A stretch of 63,871 bases of DNA, filler included. It is 5 parts of 5 records of this genome, joined end to end, with 100 filler letters (N's around TTAATTAATTAA, not from the genome) between each part and the next. Parts side by side here need not be neighbours in the genome. Positions count along the whole stretch, not along the records: positions 49,699 to 57,655 come from SRR20825006_190; positions 57,756 to 63,871 come from SRR20825006_332; 3 more parts are not named here. One strand, given 5' to 3'. Position numbers and translations under genes: made by a program. Below the pieces are notes generated by a model, which was not told where the DNA came from, ran no database searches, and was given only the letters and a program-made list of their open reading frames with translations. Below are positions 49,881 to 60,263 of the stretch, one piece after another. Position 1 is the first letter of the stretch, and each line of letters starts with the position of its first letter.

Positions 49881-50741
49881 TTACTTTTCTTCTACAAGTT
49901 TCTTAAACTGTTTTTGAAACATCTTATCTAAGAACTTATCTGGAAAAACATGAATTGCTAGCCAAAACAACCACTTTTTAGGGGCTACCAAGTAGCGAGT
50001 CTTGTTCTTTTTTCCTCCATATATTCCGTAGATTAAATTCGACACTTCGCTAGCTTCTAAAGCAATACCTTCCATTCCTTGTACGGCTTTATCCATATTG
50101 TCGTAAATTTTTTCGTACGGAGTATTTTTATATTTATTCACCTGTGTTTCTGCATCTGCTTTTGCTTTATTCCAAATTTCAGATTTTATTGGTCCTGGTT
50201 CTATTACTGTTACCTCTATTCCAAAGTCATTTAATTCTCTTCTAAATCCATCCGATAATGCTTCTACTGCATATTTAGATGCTGAATAAGGCGCCATAAA
50301 GGGTCTTGTTACCCTCCCAGAACCACTACTAATATTAATAATTCTTCCTTTAGGACGATTATTATCAAAACCTAAAAGAGGAAGAAAAGCTTGTGTAACA
50401 CGTAAAACGCCAAGTACATTTATGTTTAACTGACTTGAAAATTCTTCAATAGGAATATACGCTAAGGGTCCGTTTACAGATACCCCAGCATTATTTACTA
50501 AGCAATCTAAGGACGCTCCATCTAAAATGTTTTCAACTTCTAAGGATGCTTTTTTTATAGCCTCTTCATCTATAACATCAAATAGAAGCGGATGAAAATT
50601 TGCTCCTAATTTTTCTTTTAACGCTGCAGCATCTTCTTTTTTTCTAACGCTACCAAAAACTAAAAAACCCTTATCTAAAAATAATTTTGCTGTTGTATAG
50701 CCTATCCCAGAAGAAACTCCTGTTATTAATATATTTTTCAT
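49881..50741 (-). CDS. SDR family oxidoreductase
   Basis: TGVSSGIG, NNAG, YSASK, IEPG; hydrophobic C-terminal patch WLFWLAIHVF. Confidence 0.9.
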   Translation of the reverse strand: MKNILITGVSSGIGYTTAKLFLDKGFLVFGSVRKKEDAAALKEKLGANFHPLLFDVIDEEAIKKASLEVENILDGASLDCLVNNAGVSVNGPLAYIPIEEFSSQLNINVLGVLRVTQAFLPLLGFDNNRPKGRIINISSGSGRVTRPFMAPYSASKYAVEALSDGFRRELNDFGIEVTVIEPGPIKSEIWNKAKADAETQVNKYKNTPYEKIYDNMDKAVQGMEGIALEASEVSNLIYGIYGGKKNKTRYLVAPKKWLFWLAIHVFPDKFLDKMFQKQFKKLVEEK

Positions 50742-50773
50742 TTATACTTTTTTATTGCGATGCTCAATCTTCT

Positions 50774-51637
50774 TTATACTGATTTTAATTCTTGCATCGC
50801 CTTTATTGCATTTTCCTCAGCTTTTTGATCTTTGTAATGTTTCCATTTTTCTCCTGCTAAGTAATTCATTCCATTATCTACTGTAAAAAGTCGTACTAAA
50901 TTAGACAAACCTTTTGCTTTAGTTTTTAGCGAATTGTTAGCTCTAAGTGCTAATGAATAGCCTCCTTTAGAATAATACACATAATGCCACCACAATTTAG
51001 GAATAAATAATGTTTCTCCATGTTCTATTGTAGCCTCTAAGCCTTTAGCATATTTATAAGCTGGATATTTATTATAATCTGGATTTAAAACATCCAAATG
51101 TGAATGATTGGTATATGGTAATTTATATAGTAATTGTGATTGTTCTTGCGGAAATAAATATACTTTTTTCTGCGTTTGAAAATGCGTTAAAAACACATGA
51201 GAACAATCTATATCATAATGAAGGTTAAGTGCCGATCCTTTTCCTCCAAAAAACATTAAAGCAAACTTTAAAAAGCCATTCATTATGGTTGGAGTTTCAT
51301 AATCTTTTGCAAGTTCTGGAGCTCGTTTCATTATTTGAAAATTATGAAATCTTAAACTTGTAGGCTTTGTCTCTATAATATTTAGATAATCTCTAAATTT
51401 TTTATGAGAAACCGGTTTCATATAACCATTCCCTGGGTTATGATAAGAATCATCATACATAGGAATTTCCCAATCTCCGTAATTTTCTTTAAAAAAATCA
51501 AAAGTCCATTTCGTAGTCGCTCTCCAATTTTTGGCTAAGTCTTTAAATATTACTGGTGTATTGGTTGAAAGATACCTTTCTTTAAATTCCTTTTTGGTGA
51601 TGTTTTCTACTTTATCAACCAAATTGAAATTAGACAT
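50774..51637 (-). CDS. JmjC / Cupin_8 Fe(II)-2OG-dependent oxygenase
   Basis: PVIF...W...W JmjC N-terminus, HYD (HxD) and GETLFIPKLWWHYV distal His. Confidence 0.88.
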   Translation of the reverse strand: MSNFNLVDKVENITKKEFKERYLSTNTPVIFKDLAKNWRATTKWTFDFFKENYGDWEIPMYDDSYHNPGNGYMKPVSHKKFRDYLNIIETKPTSLRFHNFQIMKRAPELAKDYETPTIMNGFLKFALMFFGGKGSALNLHYDIDCSHVFLTHFQTQKKVYLFPQEQSQLLYKLPYTNHSHLDVLNPDYNKYPAYKYAKGLEATIEHGETLFIPKLWWHYVYYSKGGYSLALRANNSLKTKAKGLSNLVRLFTVDNGMNYLAGEKWKHYKDQKAEENAIKAMQELKSV

Positions 51638-51646
51638 CTTATAATT

Positions 51647-52687
51647 TTATTTTATATATTCTATTTTTTGTGTTTCTTCTGTATTAATAGCATCAAAAAA
51701 TCCTTGAGCTCTCATCCAATCGTCGCTATATATTTTACTCATATATCTAGAACCATGGTCAGGAAAAATCATAACTACATTACTATTTTCATCAAATTCT
51801 CCTTCTTCTGCTAATTGTTTCACGGCTTGCATAACAGCGCCACTTGTATAACCTACAAAGCAACCTTCAGTTTTAGAAATCTCTCGGGCAGTATGGGCAC
51901 TTTCTTCATCTGTAACTTTGATAAATTTATCTATTACATCAAAATCTGTTGCCGTTGGAATCAAATTTTTTCCTAAACCTTCTATTCTATATGGATAGAT
52001 TTCATCAGAATCAAACTCTCTTGTTTCGTGATACTTTTTGAGTACAGAACCGTAGGCATCTACTCCTATTACTTTTACAGCAGGATTTTTTTCTTTTAAG
52101 AATCTAGCAGTTCCAGAAATAGTTCCTCCAGTTCCACTACAAGCTATAAAATGAGTTATTTGTCCGGCTGTTTGCTCCCAAATTTCAGGACCTGTAGATT
52201 GGTAATGCGCATCTATATTAAGTTCATTAAAGTATTGATTAATATAAACAGAACCTTTCATTTCGTCATGCATCCGCCTTGCTACTTGATAGTAAGATCT
52301 AGGATCGTCTGCACTTACATGCGCTGGACAAACATATACTTTTGCGCCCATGGCACGTAACATATCTATTTTATCGGGAGAAGATTTAGAACTAACGGCA
52401 AGAATACAATCGTATCCCTTAATTACACTAACCATGGCAATACTAAAACCAGTATTTCCAGAAGTAGTTTCAATAATTGTGTCGCCAGGTTTTAAAATCC
52501 CTTTACGTTCTGCTTCTTCAATAATGTGTAGCGCTATACGATCCTTACTAGAATGACCCGGGTTGAAAGCTTCTACTTTAGCGTAAAAATTTCCGATAAG
52601 ATTTTGGGTTATTTTTTTAAGCTTTAGTAATGGGGTATTCCCTATTAAATCTAAAACATTATCGTAAGCATTTATCTTTTGTTTCAT
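51647..52687 (-). CDS. PLP-dependent cysteine synthase/CBS family, probable cysteate synthase CapA
   Basis: [39 protein letters not shown]. Confidence 0.85.
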   Translation of the reverse strand: MKQKINAYDNVLDLIGNTPLLKLKKITQNLIGNFYAKVEAFNPGHSSKDRIALHIIEEAERKGILKPGDTIIETTSGNTGFSIAMVSVIKGYDCILAVSSKSSPDKIDMLRAMGAKVYVCPAHVSADDPRSYYQVARRMHDEMKGSVYINQYFNELNIDAHYQSTGPEIWEQTAGQITHFIACSGTGGTISGTARFLKEKNPAVKVIGVDAYGSVLKKYHETREFDSDEIYPYRIEGLGKNLIPTATDFDVIDKFIKVTDEESAHTAREISKTEGCFVGYTSGAVMQAVKQLAEEGEFDENSNVVMIFPDHGSRYMSKIYSDDWMRAQGFFDAINTEETQKIEYIK

Positions 52688-52759
52688 ATAAACAATTTGG
52701 TTAGATACAAAATAGTTTTGAATTCCTCCAAACCATGCAAATTTAATTATTTTTTTTAA

Positions 52760-54892
52760 TTACTGCCGGATTCCTTCCAAATCTAATAGGAATGCATACT
52801 CTTCTGCAACCTCTTTTAAGGCTTCAAATCTTCCCGAAGCTCCCCCATGGCCTGCATCCATATTAATATGAAACAATAAAAGGTTATCGCCTTTTTTAAC
52901 ATTTCTTAACTTTGCTACCCACTTTGCTGGCTCCCAATATTGCACTTGAGAATCATGTAATCCTGTTGTGACTAATAAATTTGGATACACTTTTTTTTCC
53001 ACATTATCATATGGGGAATACTCTTTTATATAGTTGTAATACTCCTTATTGTTTGGATTTCCCCACTCATCATATTCTCCTGTTGTTAATGGAATGGATT
53101 CGTCTAACATAGTAGTAACTACATCTACAAAAGGAACTGCTGCAATAACTCCGTTATAAAGTTCTGGAGCATTATTAATTACAGCCCCCATTAGAAGTCC
53201 CCCTGCAGAACCTCCCATAGCATACAAGTGCTTATTGGAAGTATAATTTTCTTCAATTAAAAATTTAGAACAATCTACAAAATCGGTAAATGTGTTTTTC
53301 TTTGTTAATAGTTTTCCATCCTCATACCATTTTCTTCCTAAATATTCCCCGCCACGAATATGTGCAATAGCATAAATAAATCCACGGTCCAATAACGATA
53401 ATCTAACGGTAGAAAAATACGGATCTATAGTAGCCCCATAAGAACCATATCCATATAATAGTAATGGATTTTTACCGTCTTTTTTAATTCCTTTTTTATA
53501 AACTAAGGAAATCGGAATCATAGTTCCATCTCCAGCTTTTGCCCAGATACGCTCAGAGGCATAATTATCTTTATCAAACTTCCCTCCTAGCACTTCCTGC
53601 TCTTTTAATACTGTTTTTTCCTTAGAAATCATATCAAAATCTACCGTACTCGAAGGCGTTGTCAAAGAATTATACACATAACGAAGCGTATCTGTATCAA
53701 ACTCTAAATTGGTGGATGGAAATACTGTGTAAGTTTCATTATCAAACGGAATGTAATATTCATTAGTTCCATCCCAACGGGTAACCTTAATTTTATTTAA
53801 CCCATTAGAGCGTTCACTAACAACCAAGTAATCTTTAAAAATGTCGATATCTTCTAATAATACATCTTCTCTATGCGGAATAACTTCCTCCCAATTTTCT
53901 TTTGTGGTTTTATCCACAGAAGTTTTCATCAGTTTAAAATTGGTTGCTTTATCTGCATTGGTAATAATGTAAAACGAATCTTTATAATGAGAAATACTGT
54001 ATTCCAAACCTCTAATTCTAGGTTGAAAAACGGTTAATTCCTCATCTGGGTTATCTGCATCCAAAAAGCTATATTCAGAAGTTAATGTACTTCCTGAACC
54101 AAAAACAATATATTTTTTAGACTTCGTTTTGTAAACAAAAGCATTAAAGGTTTCGTCTTTTTCGTTATAAACCAGCTCATCTTCAGCGTTTTTCTGCCCT
54201 AAAATATGCTTATAAACTTTATCAGACCTTAAAGTTTGTTCATCTTTTCGAGTGTAAAACAAGGTTTTATTATCATTTGCCCAAGTACTTCCTCCTGTAG
54301 TATTTTCTATTTTTAAAGGAAGTATTTCTCCTGTTTCTAAGTTTTTAACTTGAAGAGTATACTTTCTTCTACTTAAAGTATCCACTCCAAAAACAGCTAA
54401 TTTATTATCTGGACTGATATTAATTCCTCTTAAATTGAAGTAAGAAAAATCTTTTGCCATTTCATTACAGTCAAACATAACCTCTTCCACAGCACCATCA
54501 ACATCCTTTTTACGAATATAAACAGGATAATCCTTCCCTTCTTCATACTTGGTTATGTACCAATACCCATTGTATTTATAGGGTACCGACTCATCGTCTT
54601 CTTTTATACGCCCCTTCATTTCTTTAAACAAATCCTCTTCAAAAGCATCGGTATGTGCGGTCATTTTTTCAAAATAAGCATTTTCACGCTCTAGATAATC
54701 AATTACTTCTGGATTCTCTCTTTCGTTCATCCAATAGTAATCGTCTATTCTTATATCTCCATGTTTTTCAAGGGTTACAGGCTTTTTATCTGCAATTGGA
54801 GGGGTAATCTCTTTCATATTTTTAGTTTCTTTCTTTTTACAGGAAGCCACAAAAATAAGACATAGCAAAGGAATGAGAAGACGGATATTCAT
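52760..54892 (-). CDS. ptrB: Oligopeptidase B (S9A), lipoprotein
   Basis: DDYYW, YGYGSYG, GGSAGG nucleophile, HDSQV, AGHGG. Confidence 0.93.
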   Translation of the reverse strand: MNIRLLIPLLCLIFVASCKKKETKNMKEITPPIADKKPVTLEKHGDIRIDDYYWMNERENPEVIDYLERENAYFEKMTAHTDAFEEDLFKEMKGRIKEDDESVPYKYNGYWYITKYEEGKDYPVYIRKKDVDGAVEEVMFDCNEMAKDFSYFNLRGINISPDNKLAVFGVDTLSRRKYTLQVKNLETGEILPLKIENTTGGSTWANDNKTLFYTRKDEQTLRSDKVYKHILGQKNAEDELVYNEKDETFNAFVYKTKSKKYIVFGSGSTLTSEYSFLDADNPDEELTVFQPRIRGLEYSISHYKDSFYIITNADKATNFKLMKTSVDKTTKENWEEVIPHREDVLLEDIDIFKDYLVVSERSNGLNKIKVTRWDGTNEYYIPFDNETYTVFPSTNLEFDTDTLRYVYNSLTTPSSTVDFDMISKEKTVLKEQEVLGGKFDKDNYASERIWAKAGDGTMIPISLVYKKGIKKDGKNPLLLYGYGSYGATIDPYFSTVRLSLLDRGFIYAIAHIRGGEYLGRKWYEDGKLLTKKNTFTDFVDCSKFLIEENYTSNKHLYAMGGSAGGLLMGAVINNAPELYNGVIAAVPFVDVVTTMLDESIPLTTGEYDEWGNPNNKEYYNYIKEYSPYDNVEKKVYPNLLVTTGLHDSQVQYWEPAKWVAKLRNVKKGDNLLLFHINMDAGHGGASGRFEALKEVAEEYAFLLDLEGIRQ

Positions 54893-54954
54893 ATTAATTT
54901 ATTTTAGATACATTCTTCTAATTTAGTAATTTTGTTGAAATAAAATATAAAATT

Positions 54955-55278
54955 ATGTTTGGAGACCTAATGGGAATGATGGGGAAATTAAAAGAAACCC
55001 AACAAAAAATAGAAGAAACTAAAAAACGTTTAGATACAATAACGGTTTCTGAAGAGAGTGCCGATAAGCTTTTATCTATAACAATGACTGCAAATCGTGA
55101 GTTAAAATCTTTAGAAATAAATGATGAATTATTGCAGGATAAAGAACAATTAGAAGATTATTTAGTTTTACATATAAATAAAGCAATTGAACAAGCTACT
55201 AAAATTAATGAAGCCGAATTAGGAGCTGTAGCTAAAGAAGGAATGCCAAATATTCCTGGAATGGATATGTTTAAATAG
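54955..55278 (+). CDS. YbaB/EbfC family nucleoid-associated protein
   Basis: Met/Gly-rich ends, LEDYLV, typical length. Confidence 0.85.
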   Translation: MFGDLMGMMGKLKETQQKIEETKKRLDTITVSEESADKLLSITMTANRELKSLEINDELLQDKEQLEDYLVLHINKAIEQATKINEAELGAVAKEGMPNIPGMDMFK

Positions 55279-55320
55279 TTTTTGGCTTAGTCTTTGCAAT
55301 AAAAACTTAAAAAAATATAA

Positions 55321-55758
55321 ATGAAGATTTTTATTTCCCTTTTCATAACTGCTTTTATGCTTACTTCTAGCACAAATAATGTAGAATGGTATACCGATTT
55401 TTCTGAAGCAAAAAGTATAGCTAAACATGAAAAGAAAAATATAATGATGTATTTTACTGGAAGCGATTGGTGTGGCCCTTGCAAAATGCTAAAAGCAGAT
55501 TTATTTGACACGGATGAATTTAGAGAACTGTCTAAAGACTATGTTCTTGTAAAGGTAGACATTCCAAGAAGAGTGGATATTATTTCTCCTGAACAACTTA
55601 AAAAAAATAAAGAATTACTTTCCGATTATAATTCGCAAAAAGTATTTCCTAAAATTGTTTTTTTAAATTCTAGAGGAAAAAAAATAGATGAAATTGAAGG
55701 GTATAATTCACTTAGAGATCCTCGTAATTATTTTAAAATGATAAAAAAGCATCAATAA
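55321..55758 (+). CDS. Secreted thioredoxin-family protein
   Basis: Signal peptide, FTGSDWCGPC, cis-Pro motif VFP. Confidence 0.88.
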   Translation: MKIFISLFITAFMLTSSTNNVEWYTDFSEAKSIAKHEKKNIMMYFTGSDWCGPCKMLKADLFDTDEFRELSKDYVLVKVDIPRRVDIISPEQLKKNKELLSDYNSQKVFPKIVFLNSRGKKIDEIEGYNSLRDPRNYFKMIKKHQ

Positions 55759-55839
55759 ACTTCAATATTTAATACAGAAGTTTGTTTACCACGAATTCAC
55801 AAATGTATTTTTATCTCTGTGAATTTAGTAGCTAAGCAT

Positions 55840-55873
55840 AAAAAAAGAGCTGTTTTCACAGCTCTTTTTTTTT
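55840..55873. terminator. Bidirectional intrinsic terminator
   Basis: AAAAAAAGAGCTG-TTTTCA-CAGCTCTTTTTTT between convergent genes. Confidence 0.8.
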
Positions 55874-55987
55874 GAATCCGTTCCATAGAAACCTATTCCT
55901 AAAGATTCAAACATAACAAAGTAATTCATTTCGACTCAAATTACCGAGAATTAACCCGTTATGAGGGATTTAAATTGAAAAAGTTGG

Positions 55988-57088
55988 TTAGTTATTTATC
56001 AATCTAAATTCTGTTCTTCTATTTACTGCATGCTCACGTTCTGTACAAGATACTCCGTCTGAACATCTGTTTTTAAGTTTTGATTCTCCATAACCGTTTG
56101 CCACTAATAAACTTCTATTAACTCCTTTTTCTACTAAGTAATTAGCAACCGCCTGTGCTCTTCTTTCAGATAATGTTTGGTTACTCTCTTTAGTTCCTCT
56201 AGAATCTGTATGAGAAGCTAACTCAACTTTAACCCCAGGATTCTGTTGCAAAACAGGCATTAAGTTTTCGTCTATAATTCTCTTAGCTTCTGGTGTTAAT
56301 GTATAACTTGCTAAATTCCAATTTATAGGTAACGCGTTATATTCAACCAGCGTACACTCTACTTCTTTCCATGTTGTTAAACCTCCTTTTGTTTGAAGTA
56401 CTTCATGAGAAACTGTATTGTAAACCGCAGGTATTGTTTCCTCCACTGTATAAGCATCTTTTACCAATACAGTTTTAGTAATTTCATCATATTCAGCAGG
56501 AATTTCTACCTCTTCTACTCTTGCTGGTTCTACAATTACTTCTTTAGTATAACTATCAAACCTTTCTGCAACTGGAGAAGAAACTGTTGAAGCATCTGCG
56601 GCTAAAACTTCCTTTTGAAAGGTTTCATACTCCGCAGGATATCCTTTATAACACCAATACCTACAATCGTCTGGGTTAGACGATTCACAATCTGGTGCCG
56701 GAGCGCCTAATTCCCATTGCGCATATGCAGGTTTCATCTCTATAGTTTCTGAGCTTGGAGAAAAAGTTGCAGGCACAATTTCTAACTCATTAGAAGGTTC
56801 TTTAGAAACATAAGAAACTGTTTCTGTACCCCATTTTGCAGGAACAATAGTAAGTTTTTTACTAGCTTCTTTTACCAAAACTCTTTCTGTTACCGTTTTG
56901 TATTCTGCGGGATAGGTTTTTAAAACCTTATATGCTGGTTTTACCATAATTTGTACATCTTCATTAACATACACATCTGGCGTTGTACAACGAACATAAC
57001 ACTTTCCCGGTTCTGGATTCTCTGGCAAGTCTTGAGAAAATGCCCCATAACTACATGCCAATAAGAATAAAAATAAAATTCTTTTCAT
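55988..57088 (-). CDS. OmpA-C domain protein with repetitive N-terminal region
   Basis: Signal peptide from ATG 57088; repeats like VLVKEA...IPAEY; SHTDSRG, LSERRA, NRRTEF. Confidence 0.88.
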   Translation of the reverse strand: MKRILFLFLLACSYGAFSQDLPENPEPGKCYVRCTTPDVYVNEDVQIMVKPAYKVLKTYPAEYKTVTERVLVKEASKKLTIVPAKWGTETVSYVSKEPSNELEIVPATFSPSSETIEMKPAYAQWELGAPAPDCESSNPDDCRYWCYKGYPAEYETFQKEVLAADASTVSSPVAERFDSYTKEVIVEPARVEEVEIPAEYDEITKTVLVKDAYTVEETIPAVYNTVSHEVLQTKGGLTTWKEVECTLVEYNALPINWNLASYTLTPEAKRIIDENLMPVLQQNPGVKVELASHTDSRGTKESNQTLSERRAQAVANYLVEKGVNRSLLVANGYGESKLKNRCSDGVSCTEREHAVNRRTEFRLINN

Positions 57089-57281
57089 GATTTTTTTAAT
57101 TAAGTGATTAGTATTAAGCAACATATAGTGCTTGAGGGAAAGAGTATTTAACATAAAATTAGGAATAACTTTATAAAATATCAAATTAATCCTCATTAAA
57201 TTATCATTAAAAATGCCTATTTTCCTGTCCTATTTGAAGCTTACTATTAAATTTCGGACACAAAAACTAACTATTTACTAT

Positions 57282-57602
57282 ATGTTTAAGATTTTATTGA
57301 TAAAAAATAAAGCCTTAGTCGCTTTTGAGTTTAAAACTCCAAATAACCAACTATTATTTACTAGTAATTATTACGCTAGTAAAGAACAAGCCCTTGCTGT
57401 TATTGAGGCTATAAAAGATAATACTCATTATAAATATGAAAGAAAAACGAATGTAGATGGAAAGTTTTATTTTGTGATAAATACTAATAATGGAGAAATT
57501 ATCGGTAAAAGTCAGGTGTATTCTTCAGAAGCAGGAATGGAAAACGGAATAAATACAATGAAAAAAAATATCCCTTCAGCTGCCATAAAAAGTATAAACT
57601 AA
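57282..57602 (+). CDS. YegP/DUF1508 family protein
   Basis: Two DUF1508-like repeats, NGEIIGKSQVYSSEAGMENGI. Confidence 0.85.
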   Translation: MFKILLIKNKALVAFEFKTPNNQLLFTSNYYASKEQALAVIEAIKDNTHYKYERKTNVDGKFYFVINTNNGEIIGKSQVYSSEAGMENGINTMKKNIPSAAIKSIN

Positions 57603-57655
57603 AATTCATTTTTCTTTATTGTTGCCCGATAAAAGTTAACGGAATTTATTGAACT

Positions 57656-57755
57656 NNNNNNNNNNNNNNNNNNNNNNNNNNNNNNNNNNNNNNNNNNNNT
57701 TAATTAATTAANNNNNNNNNNNNNNNNNNNNNNNNNNNNNNNNNNNNNNNNNNNN
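57656..57755. other. Artificial contig linker
   Basis: Same spacer. Confidence 0.98.
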
Positions 57756-58649
57756 GAAAAACCGGCTGAAATAGGCCGGATCACGGAACCCCAAACCATA
57801 AGCAATCTGCGCCACACCAAGCGGGGATTGTTCAAGCCGCATACAGGCTTCGCGCAAGACACGATCATGAATAACACTGAGTGGCGGCTTACCTGTCGCG
57901 CGCAAAACAGCCGATCCAAGCCGCCGTTCACTGACCCCAAGGGCCGTTGCATAATCGGCAACATTCCAGTGTTCACGGAAATGCAGTTCAAGAACCTGTA
58001 AGAAACGCTGGAACGTGATCGATCCCGGGCGGTGTTTGTCGCGCTGTTCCATCACCCCTTCGCCAAGGCGCAAAACCATGGTCAGGATGATTTGCAAATG
58101 CGCACCAACCACAAGGCTGGCGCCAAGCGCATTTTGCATCAGCTCGGTTCGGATGGCGGCAAAGCTGCGCGCCAGAAGCGATAGATTTTCGCTATCTTCT
58201 GCCGGGGTAACATTGTGAACAGTGTCCGCAGCAAATCGAAGCGGCAACCCACCGCCGACCGGACTGCCCCCCGGCGCACCAAGACCACCGGCCCCATCCC
58301 CGCAATGGCGCGCCACCAAATCATCCGCCACCGACAGCAAATAACCTTCGCCACCGGCCATTACAGAAAAGCTTTGCGTTTCACCCAGCGGCATCCACAC
58401 CAGGGCGGGTGCCCTGCATTCAATGGTTCCCTGTCGCAACCCGATCCGCGCCCGCCCGCTTAGCAACAGAACCGCATAACAACGGTCCCGCCGCCCCGGA
58501 TCATTCATCACCCATTCTTGCGCGGATAACGGATGATCAAAATGATCCATCATGGCCTGTGCTGTGACAGGAACCAGATCTTCGAACGGGTTTTCAACCA
58601 GCGGTGCCGGGCTTGAAACCGGGATATGTCGGGATGAATACTGAGGCAT
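57756..58649 (-). CDS. AraC family regulator (PobR-like), C-terminus truncated
   Basis: HFREHWNVADYATALGVS, IAYGLGFRDPAYFSRFF. Confidence 0.88.
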
Positions 58650-58965
58650 GCCTTTTTGTCGATCATCTATTCCAAATGGTTATATGTATAAAAATACAAT
58701 TTTTCGTCTTAAAATGTCAATTTAGCTATCTTTACATCGGAAGCGTTCCGTCGCTTACTAGTGTGACGGTCAAAAGAACCGCAAAAACAACAATACAAAT
58801 CAAAATTGCGTTCCCGTTATTTTGCAACTGCGAAATAATGGGCAGGAGGAAACGCCGGGGATTTACTTTGTACTGCGAAGTAAATAACGGAATCTCTTTG
58901 CCTAAACTCCTGAAATAGCGCGTAAACGGGAAAACCGTCTCTGCAAAGAGATCAGGAGGAAAAGC

Positions 58966-60183
58966 ATGCAAATTTCAGCGAAACTGCGCATCGCGACCAT
59001 CGCGGCAGCAACCACTGCCCTGATGAGCACCGCGACGCTGTTTGGTGCCAATGCACAAGAAACCTATCGCATTGGTTACGCCATCTCGAAAACCGGCCCC
59101 GGCGCACCGGGGGCTGCCACCAGCACCACGCCGAACTATGAAATGTGGGTCAAGGAAATCAATGACGCCGGCGGCCTTAAAGTCGGCGACAAACAGATCC
59201 CGATTGAAGTCGTTGAATATGATGATCGCTCCAGCTCCGAAGAAGCTGTCCGTGCGATCGAACGCCTGATCAATCAGGACAAGGTTGATTTCATCCTGTC
59301 GCCTTGGGGCACGGGGCTTAACCTTGCCGTCGCACCGATCCTTGATCGTGCGGGCTATGCCCATATTGCCGGTACAGCCGTTACCGACAAATCACCGCAA
59401 CTCGCAGAACGCTGGAAAAACTCCTACTGGCTGCTTGGCACGGGTGAACAATATGCCGTTGAAATGGCCGAATTCCTCAAAGGCCTGAAAGACGCCGGTA
59501 AAATCAACGACAAGGTCGCAATGATTGCCGTTGCCGATGGTTTCGGGATTGAACTTTCCAAAGCCGGTCGCACCGCCCTTGAAGATCGCGACTTTGATCT
59601 GGTCTATGACAAAACCTATCCGCTAGGCTCCCAGGACCTTGCAACCATCGTCAATGAAATCAAATCACTTGGCGCAGATACCTTTGTGGCCTTTTCCTAC
59701 CCGCCGGGCACCCTTGGCCTGACAGAACAGTCGCGCGTTCTGGGCTTCAACCCGAAAATCTTCTATGCCGGTGTTGGCACCGCCTTCCCGCTTTATAAAA
59801 ACCGTTTCGGTGAAGATGCACAGGGCGTCATCAGCCTTGGGGGTGCCAGCGAAAATGATCCGAAAATTGCCGATTACATTGCACGCCATGTCGCATTTGC
59901 CGATCGCGAACCGGATCGTTGGGCATCGATTGTAAACTGGGCATCGCTTCAGTCCCTGCAACAGGCAATCGAACGTGCAGGTTCCACCGACCGCGAAGCT
60001 GTGAATGCTGAACTCGCCAAAGGTGGCTTTGACACCATTCTGGGCACCTATAAGCCGGGCGACCAGAATTTCTGGCAGGTTGGCCAGTGGCAGGACGGCA
60101 AATTTGTCGGCGTTGCCCCAACCAGCATGGAAGGCGCACAAGAACTTGTCTTCCCGAAACCTGAATGGAAAGCAGCACAATAA
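58966..60183 (+). CDS. ABC transporter substrate-binding protein, LivJ-like fold
   Basis: Signal peptide, INDAGG, YDDRS, PWGT; AGGAGG RBS. Confidence 0.9.
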   Translation: MQISAKLRIATIAAATTALMSTATLFGANAQETYRIGYAISKTGPGAPGAATSTTPNYEMWVKEINDAGGLKVGDKQIPIEVVEYDDRSSSEEAVRAIERLINQDKVDFILSPWGTGLNLAVAPILDRAGYAHIAGTAVTDKSPQLAERWKNSYWLLGTGEQYAVEMAEFLKGLKDAGKINDKVAMIAVADGFGIELSKAGRTALEDRDFDLVYDKTYPLGSQDLATIVNEIKSLGADTFVAFSYPPGTLGLTEQSRVLGFNPKIFYAGVGTAFPLYKNRFGEDAQGVISLGGASENDPKIADYIARHVAFADREPDRWASIVNWASLQSLQQAIERAGSTDREAVNAELAKGGFDTILGTYKPGDQNFWQVGQWQDGKFVGVAPTSMEGAQELVFPKPEWKAAQ

Positions 60184-60263
60184 GTGCAGCTGACAAGGAA
60201 AGCCGGGGTCCCTGCGCACGCACAACCGCGCGGGAACCCCGACACCCCTCTGGGAAGAATTGA

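Noticed and set aside
28948-57755. TTAATTAATTAA repeated four times, and ORFs running into X residues
   Set aside because: Artificial linker; not a biological repeat, att site or CRISPR repeat.
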